NCBI GenBank assembly: GCA_963752035.1
Contig: CAVVWZ010000098.1
Location: 8,461-72,460 of the forward strand
Reading direction: 5' to 3'
Source: an uncultured delta proteobacterium
GTDB taxonomy: Bacteria > Desulfobacterota > WTBG01
DNA: 64,000 nt
The notes under the pieces were generated by a model, which saw only the letters and a list, made by a program, of their open reading frames with translations, did no database searches and was not told the DNA's origin. Each line of letters opens with the position of its first letter. Position 1 is the first letter of the stretch. The translations under genes and the position numbers were made by a program. Below are positions 10,499 to 21,337 of this stretch, in pieces.

Positions 10499-12244
10499 TC
10501 AATTTCCGTATGATTCTCTGATAAGTTTTTCCAAATATCCCTCGGGGTCCTTTATCGACTCCCCAGACAGCACAAAATCATGATTACCATTTTTCTCCCT
10601 TATGAGATTAAGCCCATGATTATAGCTTTTAAACATGCTGCCACAGAGCACTTCTACCGGAGTTTCCTCTTGTAGAGCCTTCTCGAGGAGCTGCTTGACG
10701 GCGGATTCTTCAAAAGTGATAGTAATACCACTGTCCTCACAAAATGACTGCTCGTAGTACTCAATATCGGCAACCAGCGCACATAGCTCTTCCAGTACTA
10801 CTGTCAGTTCCATGCCCGCATCAACGGCTCTGTTTACCGCAAGATGGATACAGGACTCAGTCAGCAATGCCCGGGAGTGTGCAGGCAGGCTCAGTATGTT
10901 TTCTGCAATTGATGCCCTTAACTGCTCTTTCTCATGCTCAATTGCACTACGGTAACGCTCCCTTTGATCCCTTGTCTCACCGTTTTCCAACAGCAGGTTT
11001 AGCTCTCTTTCCGGGTAGTTAACAATGTCGCTTGTTACCACTAACCTTTTACAGGAGGTTGAGGGAAGTTTCTTTTCGAATTTCATTAACACCTTTTCAA
11101 CTTCGCTCACCAGTCCACGGGCCCCGGTATTATGTTTGTGTGCTTTCTCCGCAATATGATAGAGGGCATCATCCTCAAAGAGCAGATCTATCCCATAAGC
11201 CTTAAAATCCTGTTTTTTGCTATTGACAACAACACCATTAGGGTTCTTGAGTATCTGGTACAAATCATCGACTGTTAGTGAATCAAATACCGTCATAACA
11301 GGCAATCTTCCAATAAATTCTGACTCAAAACCATAATGAATTAAATCTTCAGCAGTTACTCTCTTCAAACAGTCGGTCTCATCATCTCCGGACCTCTCTT
11401 CTGTCTGAAAGCCAATGCCGTGATCGTTGATCCTTCTGTATATAATGTCGGCTAAACCATTAAAGGCACCACTGACAATAAATAATATATCCCCCGTATT
11501 GACTGTTCTCTTCTCTTTTTTCCCTGTTTTACGGAATTGTTCCATTGCTTCCATTTGTGAAACAATATCATGAGGCACTTTTAGATCAACCTCAGTCTCC
11601 TCCATTGGCTTAAGCAGTCCCCGTTGCACCCCGGTACGGGAAACATCGACCCCAACAATATTGTTGCCCGAGGCGATTTTATCTATTTCATCAATATAAA
11701 TAATGCCCTGCTGTGCACGCTCAATATCGCCATCCGCCTCTTGCACAAGGTCCCTTACCAGATCCTCTACATCTCCTCCCACATATCCGGTTTCACTAAA
11801 CTTTGTTGCATCACCTTTTACAAAGGGGACACCCAGCTTTTGAGCTATGAGTTTAATCAGATAGGTTTTCCCTACCCCGGTAGGGCCAATCATGATAATA
11901 TTGCTTTTAATCATCCCAACCCTATCTTTGCCTCCATGCTTCCGGCAGGATTCCCGATAGGCGATTCTCTTAAAATGAGTACAAACCTTGGTAGCAAGAA
12001 CCTCTTTGGCGTCCTCCTGTTTAATCACAAATTTATTCAGGTATGCCTCTAATTCCTCCGGTTTTAAATCGAATGACACCTTTTTTGACGTCTTATCTTC
12101 CCGTGATTCTTTATCTATGAGGCCTTCATCCTTTTGAGGAATGACCATCGGTGTGGCCAATCGAACACGATCACCATATTTTTTGGTGAGGTAGTCATTG
12201 AGTTCCTTCTCTAATTCCTTAGGATCAGGCAATTTCCCATCCAT
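10499..12244 (-). CDS. ClpX/HslU-family AAA+ ATPase lacking the N-terminal zinc finger, with a long C-terminal extension
   Basis: 581 aa. LNKFVIKQEDAKEVLA..., Walker A GPTGVGKTYL, GDATKFSETGYVGGDVE, Walker B IIYIDEIDKI, ClpX-like small domain (GARGLVSEVEKVL), then about 150 extra residues. Ends 10 nt before the J-protein gene. Confidence 0.75.
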   Translation of the reverse strand: MDGKLPDPKELEKELNDYLTKKYGDRVRLATPMVIPQKDEGLIDKESREDKTSKKVSFDLKPEELEAYLNKFVIKQEDAKEVLATKVCTHFKRIAYRESCRKHGGKDRVGMIKSNIIMIGPTGVGKTYLIKLIAQKLGVPFVKGDATKFSETGYVGGDVEDLVRDLVQEADGDIERAQQGIIYIDEIDKIASGNNIVGVDVSRTGVQRGLLKPMEETEVDLKVPHDIVSQMEAMEQFRKTGKKEKRTVNTGDILFIVSGAFNGLADIIYRRINDHGIGFQTEERSGDDETDCLKRVTAEDLIHYGFESEFIGRLPVMTVFDSLTVDDLYQILKNPNGVVVNSKKQDFKAYGIDLLFEDDALYHIAEKAHKHNTGARGLVSEVEKVLMKFEKKLPSTSCKRLVVTSDIVNYPERELNLLLENGETRDQRERYRSAIEHEKEQLRASIAENILSLPAHSRALLTESCIHLAVNRAVDAGMELTVVLEELCALVADIEYYEQSFCEDSGITITFEESAVKQLLEKALQEETPVEVLCGSMFKSYNHGLNLIREKNGNHDFVLSGESIKDPEGYLEKLIRESYGN

Positions 12245-12497
12245 AGTCGTCTTCTAGCACCTCTTTATAGTTTATTTATCTATATTTTATCACATTTTTA
12301 ATGCGCCTGCAAATCAATCCATCCATGTACTTCTCTGTTTTGTATTGACAAGACACCCCTGTTTATGCTTAAAATAGAAGGGTTTGTAGTTTTCGGCTCC
12401 TCATGTTGAGGATCACGCGACTTTTTGGTTTGCCTGTCAATAGGGCTCTGGTAGTCGCAGCACACTTATCACTGTTAATACAATAAAAGGAAGGTTA

Positions 12498-12617
12498 ATG
12501 GCGCGATCAAAGTTCAAGCATAAGAGGAAAAGACATAAGGCTAACTTACGACTCAAGAGAAGGCAAGAAAGGGAAAAGGAAGAAAAGAAAACAGGGGAAC
12601 AGGCAGAAGGCTCCTAG
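12498..12617 (+). CDS. Candidate 39-aa highly basic small protein
   Basis: Not in the ORF track (under 60 aa). ATG 12498 follows aaggaagg. Translation: MARSKFKHKRKRHKANLRLKRRQEREKEEKKTGEQAEGS. The stop abuts the convergent TPR gene stop. Confidence 0.25.
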   Translation: MARSKFKHKRKRHKANLRLKRRQEREKEEKKTGEQAEGS

Positions 12618-13337
12618 TCAGTTGTTAAGGGAGGCAGCCTTGTCCTCGGCCAAAGCAATGAAAGGTGAGTTATTTCCATCACCACCTGCTTTCTTATAAT
12701 ACTCGAGAGCAGAAGTACTGTCTTTCAGGGTCTCATAACATCGTGCTATATTAAGGTAAAGCAGGTTTTCAATGGCACAATTAGGTTGGTTCAGGGACTG
12801 CTTGAAATAGTCAAGTGCTTTTTCGTGGTCCCCTTTTTCTTCATAACAGTATCCCAGGCCCTCAAAAGCAAACTGCCTTAAGTAGTTATCCTTTTGCGAT
12901 GTATTTATAAAACTCATATAATTTTCGATTGCTTTATCATAGTCTTTCAAGTGGTAATAGCAGTCCCCTATGTACAGCAAAGACTTGGTAGCTGATGTAG
13001 CATTTGAGTAATTCGCTACAACTTCTTCGAACTTTTCTAATGCTGGACGGTAAAGAGGTGTTTGTGGCTGGTCATTAGTTTGAGCAGCTGTACTCTTTTG
13101 GTAGATCTGCTTGGCCTGAGTAAAGAGACCTAAAGCCTCCTGTTCCCGCTCCCTGCTGTAGTAGTAAAACCCAAATATAATGAAGGCAACAACCAGTACA
13201 ATGGCCGCTGCGCTGCCAATCATCACATAATTATTTTTAACATAATCCAGCACAACGCTTGATGTAGATATGAATTCATCAGGCTCTGTTGCCTTTTGTT
13301 TCACAACTTTTATCTTTCTCGGCATAGATTTCCTCAC
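12618..13337 (-). CDS. Membrane-anchored tetratricopeptide-repeat protein (YfgM-like layout)
   Basis: N-terminal TM helix (IGSAAAIVLVVAFIIFGFYYY) followed by TPR units (YIGDCYYHLKDYDKAIENY, GLGYCYEEKGDHEKALDYF, NIARCYETLKDSTSALEYY). Confidence 0.7.
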   Translation of the reverse strand: MRKSMPRKIKVVKQKATEPDEFISTSSVVLDYVKNNYVMIGSAAAIVLVVAFIIFGFYYYSREREQEALGLFTQAKQIYQKSTAAQTNDQPQTPLYRPALEKFEEVVANYSNATSATKSLLYIGDCYYHLKDYDKAIENYMSFINTSQKDNYLRQFAFEGLGYCYEEKGDHEKALDYFKQSLNQPNCAIENLLYLNIARCYETLKDSTSALEYYKKAGGDGNNSPFIALAEDKAASLNN

Positions 13338-13477
13338 AGTATAGCTTTAATATGTACTTGGTGAATAAAACTGCTCCTGTTTGATGATCTTCTCGCAAGT
13401 CTACACAGTGACCTCTCTTTTGTCAACCATTTGTTGCGAAAGACCTTTTAGAATAACCCAAGCTCAATTACCCTATA

Positions 13478-14353
13478 ATGGAAACAAGAAAGTTCATTGA
13501 CGCCCATGTTCATGGTTTCATTAAGCCAGCCGATAAAAACCATTTCAAAAAAAACATACACGCACTTTTAGGCCACGGACTTGAAAAAATCATAATTGCA
13601 GCACTTCCCTATCATGATTTTGACTATCAGCTAAAATTAAGTTTAGCGCCCCCCCACATCCAGCCTTTTATCAGTAAAGACAATTTTGATGAAACACGTC
13701 TGCTGGCTGACTGGACCGAGGAGTACAGGTTACAAAAAATTGTGGTCCCTTTTATTGACGTCCGGTTCGTGACGGACAATATCCGGGGGACAATACTGAA
13801 TGCTATACAATCAGGTTGCAGGGGTATTAAAGGCGCTTTCATCCCTGAATCTGACCGCATACTCACTATCCAGGGAATTCCACAAGCATTAGGCCTTTCT
13901 GCCGAACGTTACTGCTCGATTCAGGAGGAGATTTTCACCGTTGCCCATGACCTCAACCTTCCTCTTCTCTACCATATTAATCTCTCCCAGCATTTTGACT
14001 GGATAGGTGTTCTCCTTAAAAAATTTCCTCTCTTAAGGATTAGCATTCCCCATCTGGGCTACAGCCTAAGGAGGATTTCGGATATGCTGGATCGTTTTGA
14101 AAACACCTACACTGATCCTTCCTACCTCATTGACATCCTTAATAAGAACAATAAGCGTTATCTTGCCTTTATTGACAGGTACCATACAAAAATACTGTCG
14201 GGTTCTGATGCCATTATTGCTAATGGAATTGATGCTATTCTTCCCTATCCACGCTATTTCTCCCATCTCTCAGTGCCGGACACTGTAAAAGAAAGGATTC
14301 TGAGAAAGAATGCCTGCACCTTCCTCGCTCTTCCAGAGGGGGAAATCGAGTAA
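13478..14353 (+). CDS. Amidohydrolase-family metal-dependent hydrolase (TIM barrel)
   Basis: N-terminal IDAHVHGF metal-ligand motif, late GSDA motif, about 290 aa. Consistent with the amidohydrolase-2 family. Confidence 0.6.
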   Translation: METRKFIDAHVHGFIKPADKNHFKKNIHALLGHGLEKIIIAALPYHDFDYQLKLSLAPPHIQPFISKDNFDETRLLADWTEEYRLQKIVVPFIDVRFVTDNIRGTILNAIQSGCRGIKGAFIPESDRILTIQGIPQALGLSAERYCSIQEEIFTVAHDLNLPLLYHINLSQHFDWIGVLLKKFPLLRISIPHLGYSLRRISDMLDRFENTYTDPSYLIDILNKNNKRYLAFIDRYHTKILSGSDAIIANGIDAILPYPRYFSHLSVPDTVKERILRKNACTFLALPEGEIE

Positions 14354-14524
14354 TTTCTATTCACCAGGGTAGTAGGATCACCATCAGGCATCTTGCGTGG
14401 TTCAAAAACAGGGGGAGTGATATGCGAGGTCATTTCTCTGGACAAAAACGATACGCACACGGTCTGCACTAACAAGGAGAACAGAGTAACATTGTACTCT
14501 TGAGGGCTTCGTTTGAGGGAGGTT

Positions 14525-16123
14525 TTAGCGACCTTTGTCTCGAGAGAGCTTATAATTGATACTGTCTACCAGGGCCTGCCAGCTTGCTTCGATGATGTTT
14601 TCAGATACACCTACAGTTCCCCACTTATTTATTTTGTCACCGGTTTCCACCAGCACCCGTACCTTTGACCCTGTTCCTTCCCCTGAAGAAAGAACCCGAA
14701 CTTTATAGTCAATGAGCGTAGTTTCTTTGAGCCGGGGATAAAATTTTTCCAGGGATTTTCGCAGGGCATTATCAAGGGCATTAACCGGTCCATTGCCCAA
14801 AGCAGCGGTATGTTCCGTCTTACCCTCAACAGTGACCATAATTGTTGCTTCACAAATAGGGGATTCCCCTTCCCTTCTCTCATTGATAACTCTGAAGCCA
14901 ACCAGCTCAAAGTATGTTTGCTTAGTCCCCAGTGCTTCCATCATCATGAGTTCAAAAGAAGCTTCGGCTCCTTCGAATTGAAATCCTTCACTCTCCAGGT
15001 GCTTTAAGCGCTCAACAATCTCATGGACTGCTGGATCATCACTCGAAAGATTGATTTTAAACTCCTGTGCCTTCTGCAATATATTACTTCTGCCTGCCAG
15101 TTCAGAAATTAAAACCCTCTGGACATTGCCCACCAGACCAGGGGCAATATGTTCGTAGGTTTCAGGCTTTTTACGAATGGCACTAACGTGCACCCCCCCC
15201 TTGTGTGCAAAGGCACTGCTACCAACGTAGGGCTGATGCTTGCGTGGCTGCAAATTAGCAAGTTCATAAACAAACCGGGAAACTTCCTGCAGCTTAGCCA
15301 GCTGGAGATTGGTAACACAGTTGTAGTTGAGCTTCAGGGTGAGATTGGGAATAATCGAACAGAGGTTGGCATTCCCGCACCGCTCACCAATCCCATTAAT
15401 AGTGCCCTGAACCTGACTCATTCCAAGCTGGACTGCTATGAGACTATTGGCAACAGCCACCTCAGAATCATTGTGGGTATGAATACCCAAAGAGGTTCCG
15501 GGCACCTGTTTTTTCACCTCCTCAATAATCTCGCGCAATTGATGAGGGAGGGTTCCTCCGTTGGTGTCACATAAGATAATACAGTCTGCACCTGACTCTG
15601 CTGCAGCTTTAACCGTCTGGATTGCGTAGCGGGGATTAGCTCTAAACCCATCGAAAAAGTGCTCTGCATCATAAAAAATTTCGGCAAACTTAGGTTTGAG
15701 AAACTTGATGGTATCAGCAATAAGCTTTACATTCTCAGAAAGCTTGATACGGAGGGCTGCTCTCACATGCACGTCCCAGCTTTTGCCAAAGATGGTTACC
15801 ACTCCGGTTTTGGCTTCGATGAGGGATTTCAGGTTACTGTCCTTTTCAGGAGCAGAACCAGCTTTTGCGGTACTTCCAAAAGCCACGATCTGAGCGTGTT
15901 TCAGTGGAACGCTCTTTATTTCACTGAAGAAGCGTATATCTTTAGGATTCGACCCTGGCCATCCCCCTTCAATATAATCAATACCAAGCTCATCAATCTT
16001 CTGTGCTATCCTCAATTTATCTTCTACGGAGAAAGAAATATCCTCTGCCTGGGAACCATCCCGCAAAGTTGTGTCGTAGAGCGTTACTGTGGGGGTAAGC
16101 TGATTCTGTTTTTTTTCCACCAT
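14525..16123 (-). CDS. cimA: Citramalate synthase-type member of the 2-isopropylmalate synthase (LeuA) family
   Basis: [34 protein letters not shown]-terminal LeuA allosteric/dimerisation domain. I place the start at ATG 16123 (MVEKKQ...), 4 nt after the lysC stop. The track ORF start at 16204 would overlap lysC. Confidence 0.75.
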   Translation of the reverse strand: MVEKKQNQLTPTVTLYDTTLRDGSQAEDISFSVEDKLRIAQKIDELGIDYIEGGWPGSNPKDIRFFSEIKSVPLKHAQIVAFGSTAKAGSAPEKDSNLKSLIEAKTGVVTIFGKSWDVHVRAALRIKLSENVKLIADTIKFLKPKFAEIFYDAEHFFDGFRANPRYAIQTVKAAAESGADCIILCDTNGGTLPHQLREIIEEVKKQVPGTSLGIHTHNDSEVAVANSLIAVQLGMSQVQGTINGIGERCGNANLCSIIPNLTLKLNYNCVTNLQLAKLQEVSRFVYELANLQPRKHQPYVGSSAFAHKGGVHVSAIRKKPETYEHIAPGLVGNVQRVLISELAGRSNILQKAQEFKINLSSDDPAVHEIVERLKHLESEGFQFEGAEASFELMMMEALGTKQTYFELVGFRVINERREGESPICEATIMVTVEGKTEHTAALGNGPVNALDNALRKSLEKFYPRLKETTLIDYKVRVLSSGEGTGSKVRVLVETGDKINKWGTVGVSENIIEASWQALVDSINYKLSRDKGR

Positions 16124-16127
16124 ATCC

Positions 16128-17357
16128 CTATTCCTTAGCCTGATCTTCTCCCAGTTCAAAAGCATCATGAAGAACCCGCACAGCAAGCTCTTGATACTTT
16201 GCACTCACCACACATGAAATTTTAATTTCTGATGTGCTGATCATCAAAATATTGATGCCTTCACTTGCCAGCACGCTGAACATTTTAGCAGCCACGCCTG
16301 CATGGCTCCTCATACCGACACCCACGATTGAGACTTTCACAATGTCCTTATCATATTGAAAATCCTCAGCCCCTATCCGGCTAACAACTTCCTTAACAAC
16401 TTCCAGGGCCCTCTTGAGATCAGTCTCAGGAACGGTAAAGGTAAGGTCTGTACAGCCATCCTCACTCACATTCTGGATTATCATATCAACATTAATGTTA
16501 GCATTGGAAATGGGGGTAAATATTTTCGATGCTACCCCCGGAGTGTCGGGCACTTTTATGATGGTGATTTTTGCTTCATTTTTATCATAGGTAACTCCTG
16601 CAACAGCCACTTTTTCCATAGTTACATCCTCCTTGCTTACAACGGTTCCAGGATTGTCAGAAAATGTTGATCTGACATGAATGGACACATCATATTTTTT
16701 TGCAAACTCTACAGAGCGGGTATGAAGAACCTTCGCACCCAGGCTGGCCATCTCCAGCATTTCATCATAGGATATTGTCTTTAATTTCCTGGCATTGGGA
16801 CAAATAGTAGGGTCTGTTGTGTAAACTCCTTCAACATCAGTATAGATCTCACACATATCAGCTTTAAGAGCACCGGCTATTGCAACTGCGGTTGTATCAG
16901 ATCCTCCCCTGCCCAGGGTGGTAATATTCTCCTGGTCGTCAATGCCTTGAAAACCTGCTACCACAACTATAGTTCCCTGCTTAAACGCCTCGGAAATCTT
17001 GTCAGCCTTAATGCTCTCAATGCGGGCTTTGGTAAAATCACTGTTGGTACAAATTTTGATCTGGAATCCCAACAGGGGAACCGCTTTATGGCCAAGGTCC
17101 TGAATTGCCATGGAAAGAAGTGCAATAGAAACCTGTTCCCCCGTTGAAACCATCATGTCATATTCACGCCCATGAGGTTTTTCAACCATCTCATGAGCTA
17201 AATTGATTAAACGGTCTGTCTCACCTGCCATAGCAGACACAACCACTACGACGTCATTTCCCGCCATTTTAGTTGCAACCACCCTTCGGGCAACATGCTG
17301 TATCTTCTCTACTGTACCTACCGAAGTTCCTCCATACTTCTGAACAATTACTGCCAC
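16128..17357 (-). CDS. lysC: Aspartate kinase
   Basis: [10 protein letters not shown] start, GRGGSDTTA motif, two C-terminal ACT domains. Confidence 0.9.
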   Translation of the reverse strand: MAVIVQKYGGTSVGTVEKIQHVARRVVATKMAGNDVVVVVSAMAGETDRLINLAHEMVEKPHGREYDMMVSTGEQVSIALLSMAIQDLGHKAVPLLGFQIKICTNSDFTKARIESIKADKISEAFKQGTIVVVAGFQGIDDQENITTLGRGGSDTTAVAIAGALKADMCEIYTDVEGVYTTDPTICPNARKLKTISYDEMLEMASLGAKVLHTRSVEFAKKYDVSIHVRSTFSDNPGTVVSKEDVTMEKVAVAGVTYDKNEAKITIIKVPDTPGVASKIFTPISNANINVDMIIQNVSEDGCTDLTFTVPETDLKRALEVVKEVVSRIGAEDFQYDKDIVKVSIVGVGMRSHAGVAAKMFSVLASEGINILMISTSEIKISCVVSAKYQELAVRVLHDAFELGEDQAKE

Positions 17358-17443
17358 GTGTCAAACCTCCTTTCGTGCTGGTGGTGCACACCAGGGAAAC
17401 ACCACTTTTATAAGGGCGGGTAATCACCCCCGACACGGAAATG

Positions 17444-17974
17444 TTACCCCTGTGTTTCAAGGATGATGGGTTCCCGCACTACTGTTTCTATAAGTGCAGC
17501 GTAACGTTTACCAGTTCCTGCAATTTCCAATGTCCTCACCGTACGATCAATATACTGCAGGGTAATCTTCACGTGATCTTCTGGCAGCAGGGCTTCTATC
17601 TTATCGGCCCACTCAATAACAGCAACCCCTTCACCATGAAGGTACTCCTCCAAACCAAGATTCACAATCTCTGAAGGTGTTTCTATCCGATAAAAGTCCA
17701 GATGATAAACGGGCATTCTTCCCGCATATTCATTTATCAGGGTAAAGGTGGGACTCCCAATATAATGTTCCTCACCGACTCCGAGACCCCGAACAATACC
17801 TTGGGTCAGTGTTGTTTTGCCGGCACCCAGTTCACCAACCAGGGCAACCACGTCCCCCGGCACCAGATGCATGCCAAGGTTTTTTCCAAACTGAAATGTG
17901 TACGCAGGATTTTCCGATGATAAAAGCACACTAGGGGGCATTGACTCGCCTGCAGTTAAACTTAAAGGATCCAC
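17444..17974 (-). CDS. tsaE: tRNA threonylcarbamoyladenosine biosynthesis ATPase TsaE (YjeE)
   Basis: Walker A GELGAGKTTLTQG and HLDFYR motif. Overlaps the nnr stop by 13 nt. Confidence 0.85.
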   Translation of the reverse strand: MDPLSLTAGESMPPSVLLSSENPAYTFQFGKNLGMHLVPGDVVALVGELGAGKTTLTQGIVRGLGVGEEHYIGSPTFTLINEYAGRMPVYHLDFYRIETPSEIVNLGLEEYLHGEGVAVIEWADKIEALLPEDHVKITLQYIDRTVRTLEIAGTGKRYAALIETVVREPIILETQG

Positions 17975-19569
17975 TCCATATGATAACGATAGTCTGAACG
18001 GAGGGAATGCGGCAGTTGTCCTGTGAGGAGTGCTTTTAACAAACGAGGCATTTCGCTGATCAGGTCCTCAGCAATAAACCCTACAGGTCCTCGTTCGGCA
18101 GCAAGCACATCTCCTGCCAAACCGTGGAGAAATACCGCACGTTTGGTGGCCAGGACAGTATCATAGCCCTGAGCGATAAACCCTGCAATCATACCGGTCA
18201 ATACATCTCCCATACCGCCTGAAGCCATTCCCGCATTGCCACTAAGATTTATACAGGCACCGCCATCCGGACCGGCAATCAGTGAGCGCGCACCTTTCAA
18301 AACAAGGTAACAACCATACTGTTGAGCAAATTTTTTTGCGATGGAAATTCTATCTTTCTGAATTTCTTTGGAAGTCACACCCACCAGGCGTGCCATTTCA
18401 CCAGGATGAGGGGTGAGAACAAGGGGAACGGTCACCCCTTTCAGCAGATCCGGATCAAAACTCAAGGCATTGATAGCATCGGCATCGATCACCATAGGGA
18501 GAGAACTCTCTTTAAGAATGCTATGTACCAGTTTAACGGTATCTTCATGTGTAGCAATGCCAGGACCCAGAGCTACTACGGATTTGCCTTTCATCAATGC
18601 TTTAATTTTCTTAAAGCTGCTCCTTCCCAAAAATCCGGGTTCTTCTTCATCAAGAGGCTCAGTCATCACCTCAGTAAGCTTTTCTTCCATCACACCATGC
18701 AGACTTGCAGGAACAGCTAAGGTAACCAGGCCCGCGCCTGTCCGCGCCGCAGCCTGACAGGTGAGGGCCGCAGCTCCCGTCTTGCCACTCGACCCTCCAA
18801 TGACGAGGACATGACCGTAATCACCTTTATGAGAATTAGGATCGCGCACCCTGAAAGACCTGCTTAAACCATCAAAGGTTACTACATGGTCTGTAATGGC
18901 CTCTTCTTCCAGAAAGGAGGAAGGAATACCAATATCCACAATCTGCAATCTCCCTGCATAGCTGGCACCGGGATAGGTGAGCAAACCCCATTTGGGAAGC
19001 CCACAGGTAACCGTCAGGTCGGCCTTAACGCACACTCCCAGTACTTCCCCGGTATTAGCCTGCAACCCCGAGGGGAGATCAACAGCTACCCTGGGAACAC
19101 TCAAACAGTTGAGATCGGAGATAAGCTCTCTGAGCAATCCGGTAACCTCCGAGTTGAGGCCCGTACCAAATAGAGCATCTACAATCAAGCGGCACTCTTC
19201 CAGTTCTCTGCGGTGTTCCTTCCATGCATCAGGAGTTGAAATCTCAGTGAGCGGTACATGCATCTCCGACAGGATGTCAAGATTTACTTTAGCGTCCCCC
19301 TTGACCTGTTCTCGTGCAGCAAGCAGAAAAAGCTTAACGGCAACTCCCCGGTTGATCAGATAGCGTGCGATTACAAAACCATCTCCACCATTGTTGCCTC
19401 TGCCGGCAATAATAGCCACCTTCCCTGCAAGGATTGCGGGATAACTCCTCAGTATCTCACCAGCAATACCTCTCCCGGCATTCTCCATCAAAACAATGCC
19501 CGGAATTCCGGTCTCTTCGATGGCCCTTCGATCCAGTTGCTGCATGAGCTCAGCAGTCACTACTTTCAT
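17962..19569 (-). CDS. nnr: Bifunctional NAD(P)H-hydrate repair enzyme Nnr (epimerase / ADP-dependent dehydratase)
   Basis: YjeF N-terminal domain GRGNNGGDGFV plus a C-terminal carbohydrate-kinase-type domain (GGSSGKTGAAAL..., GMASGGMGDVLTG). Confidence 0.85.
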   Translation of the reverse strand: MKVVTAELMQQLDRRAIEETGIPGIVLMENAGRGIAGEILRSYPAILAGKVAIIAGRGNNGGDGFVIARYLINRGVAVKLFLLAAREQVKGDAKVNLDILSEMHVPLTEISTPDAWKEHRRELEECRLIVDALFGTGLNSEVTGLLRELISDLNCLSVPRVAVDLPSGLQANTGEVLGVCVKADLTVTCGLPKWGLLTYPGASYAGRLQIVDIGIPSSFLEEEAITDHVVTFDGLSRSFRVRDPNSHKGDYGHVLVIGGSSGKTGAAALTCQAAARTGAGLVTLAVPASLHGVMEEKLTEVMTEPLDEEEPGFLGRSSFKKIKALMKGKSVVALGPGIATHEDTVKLVHSILKESSLPMVIDADAINALSFDPDLLKGVTVPLVLTPHPGEMARLVGVTSKEIQKDRISIAKKFAQQYGCYLVLKGARSLIAGPDGGACINLSGNAGMASGGMGDVLTGMIAGFIAQGYDTVLATKRAVFLHGLAGDVLAAERGPVGFIAEDLISEMPRLLKALLTGQLPHSLRSDYRYHMEWIL

Positions 19570-19628
19570 CAGTTTTCTGAATGTTCCCCCTTGTTACTAT
19601 ACCAAAGCACTCCGGTCCTGGTGATACC

Positions 19629-20351
19629 TCACCCTTTCACCAGTGCTATCATTTCCCGCACTGCCTGTTCCATACCCACCATAATGGCCCGGGCAATAAT
19701 ACTATGCCCTATACTATATTCTGCAATTTGTTCAAAAGAAAGGAGTTGTTTGATATTGTAATAATTGAGTCCGTGCCCGGCATTGATACCCATTCCCAGG
19801 CGGGAAGCGACAGAAACGGCTTCACCTATCTTCTCTAACTCACGTTTTGCATGGTCAGAGTCCTTTGCGTCCGCAAAAGCACCCGTGTGTATTTCGATAC
19901 AGTCTGCCCCGATTTCTTCCCGTGATACCTCAATCTGTTTGGGGTTGGGATCAACAAACAGACTTACCACAATCCCTGCACGGTGCAACTCATCAACTGT
20001 CTTCTTTACCGAACTCTTGTGGGAGATAACATCCAGGCCCCCTTCAGTCGTTAACTCCTGCCGTTTCTCAGGTACCAGGGTAGCCATCTCTGGCTTAATC
20101 TCTTGAGCAATACGTACCATTTCAGGAACAGAAGCCATCTCTAAATTGAGCCTGGTTTTAACAGTTCTGCGTAATATCTCAAGATCCCGATCCTGAATGT
20201 GTCTCCTGTCCTCACGCAGATGCACAATAATTCCATCACATCCTGCCAGTTCTGCCAGTGATGCAGCTAAAACCGGGTCAGGCTCATCAATCCCCCGTGC
20301 CTGCCTTACCGTTGCAACATGGTCAACGTTAACCATCAAGCCTGCCATCAA
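19629..20351 (-). CDS. pdxJ: Pyridoxine 5'-phosphate synthase
   Basis: VNVDHVATVRQARG, HLREDRRHI, EIHTG motifs; 240 aa. Confidence 0.9.
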   Translation of the reverse strand: MMAGLMVNVDHVATVRQARGIDEPDPVLAASLAELAGCDGIIVHLREDRRHIQDRDLEILRRTVKTRLNLEMASVPEMVRIAQEIKPEMATLVPEKRQELTTEGGLDVISHKSSVKKTVDELHRAGIVVSLFVDPNPKQIEVSREEIGADCIEIHTGAFADAKDSDHAKRELEKIGEAVSVASRLGMGINAGHGLNYYNIKQLLSFEQIAEYSIGHSIIARAIMVGMEQAVREMIALVKG

Positions 20352-20380
20352 CTACTCCTTCATTCACGCACAATATGGGT

Positions 20381-21328
20381 TTACCGAGGAATTCTGTCCT
20401 TACTCACAACAACTTCAAATCGCAGGGGGACAGTTTCAATCAGGGAAACAGTTCCGGGAAGTTTAATGTCCGCTTTTTTCAAATATTTGCCTGGTTTTAT
20501 CCCATCCAAGTCGATAAAGGCATTTAAAGTTTCCTGGAGCAATGTATCTACAAGGTGGTACGGACACTTAACTTTCACGTCAAGGACCGAGGGAGTAATG
20601 GTTGTCTCATAGAGGGCATTGACAACTCCCACCGGAATATCTGATATGGTTTTCTCAATAATCTTCTCGCTAATTGAAAGAGAAACTTTTACCTTTTTTG
20701 TGCTGAGAGAGCGTGGAAGATCCAGTCCGGTTAAAATGAGGGGAAGCTCAGTCGCAATATCTTCCTTCACTCCGGAAAGATAGAGAGATTCGGTCATCAC
20801 TTTTTCCACCTTTTCCGCTTCACTCTGGGCTACACGCACTTCCACAAATTCAGGGTCGATTGCAATGTTGGTAACCTCATATCCCTCTTCAGGCCCATCC
20901 TCCAGATTAAGGTGTACGGGCACTTTTTTGCGTATGGCCGATTCAAGGAACACTGAAAGTTCAGCAGGACTTATACTGGTAATGGTTGTCCCGTTAGGAA
21001 GCTTAACGCTGTCAATCAGATCCTTGTAGACCGTTTTGCCCGGTTTAACATCGTCAAGATCAATAACCGCCCTGATAGTATTGGAAGACAGGGTTGCCAG
21101 TACGCTTCTTGAACCGCTGACCCGCAAGTTAACACTCTCTGCAGTCTGTCGAGTGACTAACAAACTATCAGGTTTGTTGACCAGAACCACCGGCACGTTA
21201 GAAAAAGAAAACTCTGCCTTTTTTTCTCCCATAACAAAAAACCAGAGGGTAATAGCCAGTAGGAGAGAAAAAAATTTTAAAGCACTATTTTTTGCGACGG
21301 CGTTTTTTAAGAGAGCTTTAAGATCCAT
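20381..21328 (-). CDS. cdaR: YbbR-domain protein, CdaA regulator type
   Basis: N-terminal TM helix, repeated YbbR-like beta modules, immediately downstream of cdaA. Confidence 0.65.
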   Translation of the reverse strand: MDLKALLKNAVAKNSALKFFSLLLAITLWFFVMGEKKAEFSFSNVPVVLVNKPDSLLVTRQTAESVNLRVSGSRSVLATLSSNTIRAVIDLDDVKPGKTVYKDLIDSVKLPNGTTITSISPAELSVFLESAIRKKVPVHLNLEDGPEEGYEVTNIAIDPEFVEVRVAQSEAEKVEKVMTESLYLSGVKEDIATELPLILTGLDLPRSLSTKKVKVSLSISEKIIEKTISDIPVGVVNALYETTITPSVLDVKVKCPYHLVDTLLQETLNAFIDLDGIKPGKYLKKADIKLPGTVSLIETVPLRFEVVVSKDRIPR

Positions 21329-21337
21329 TGGTTTCCT

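Noticed and set aside
16124-16204. N-terminal 27 codons of track ORF 14525..16204
   Set aside because: They overlap the end of lysC. The family-typical start MVEKKQ...[10 protein letters not shown] begins at 16123.
17358-17443. Possible lysine riboswitch (L-box) upstream of lysC
   Set aside because: Only 86 nt separate lysC from the tsaE stop, too short for an L-box. I saw no matching helices. The genes look co-transcribed.
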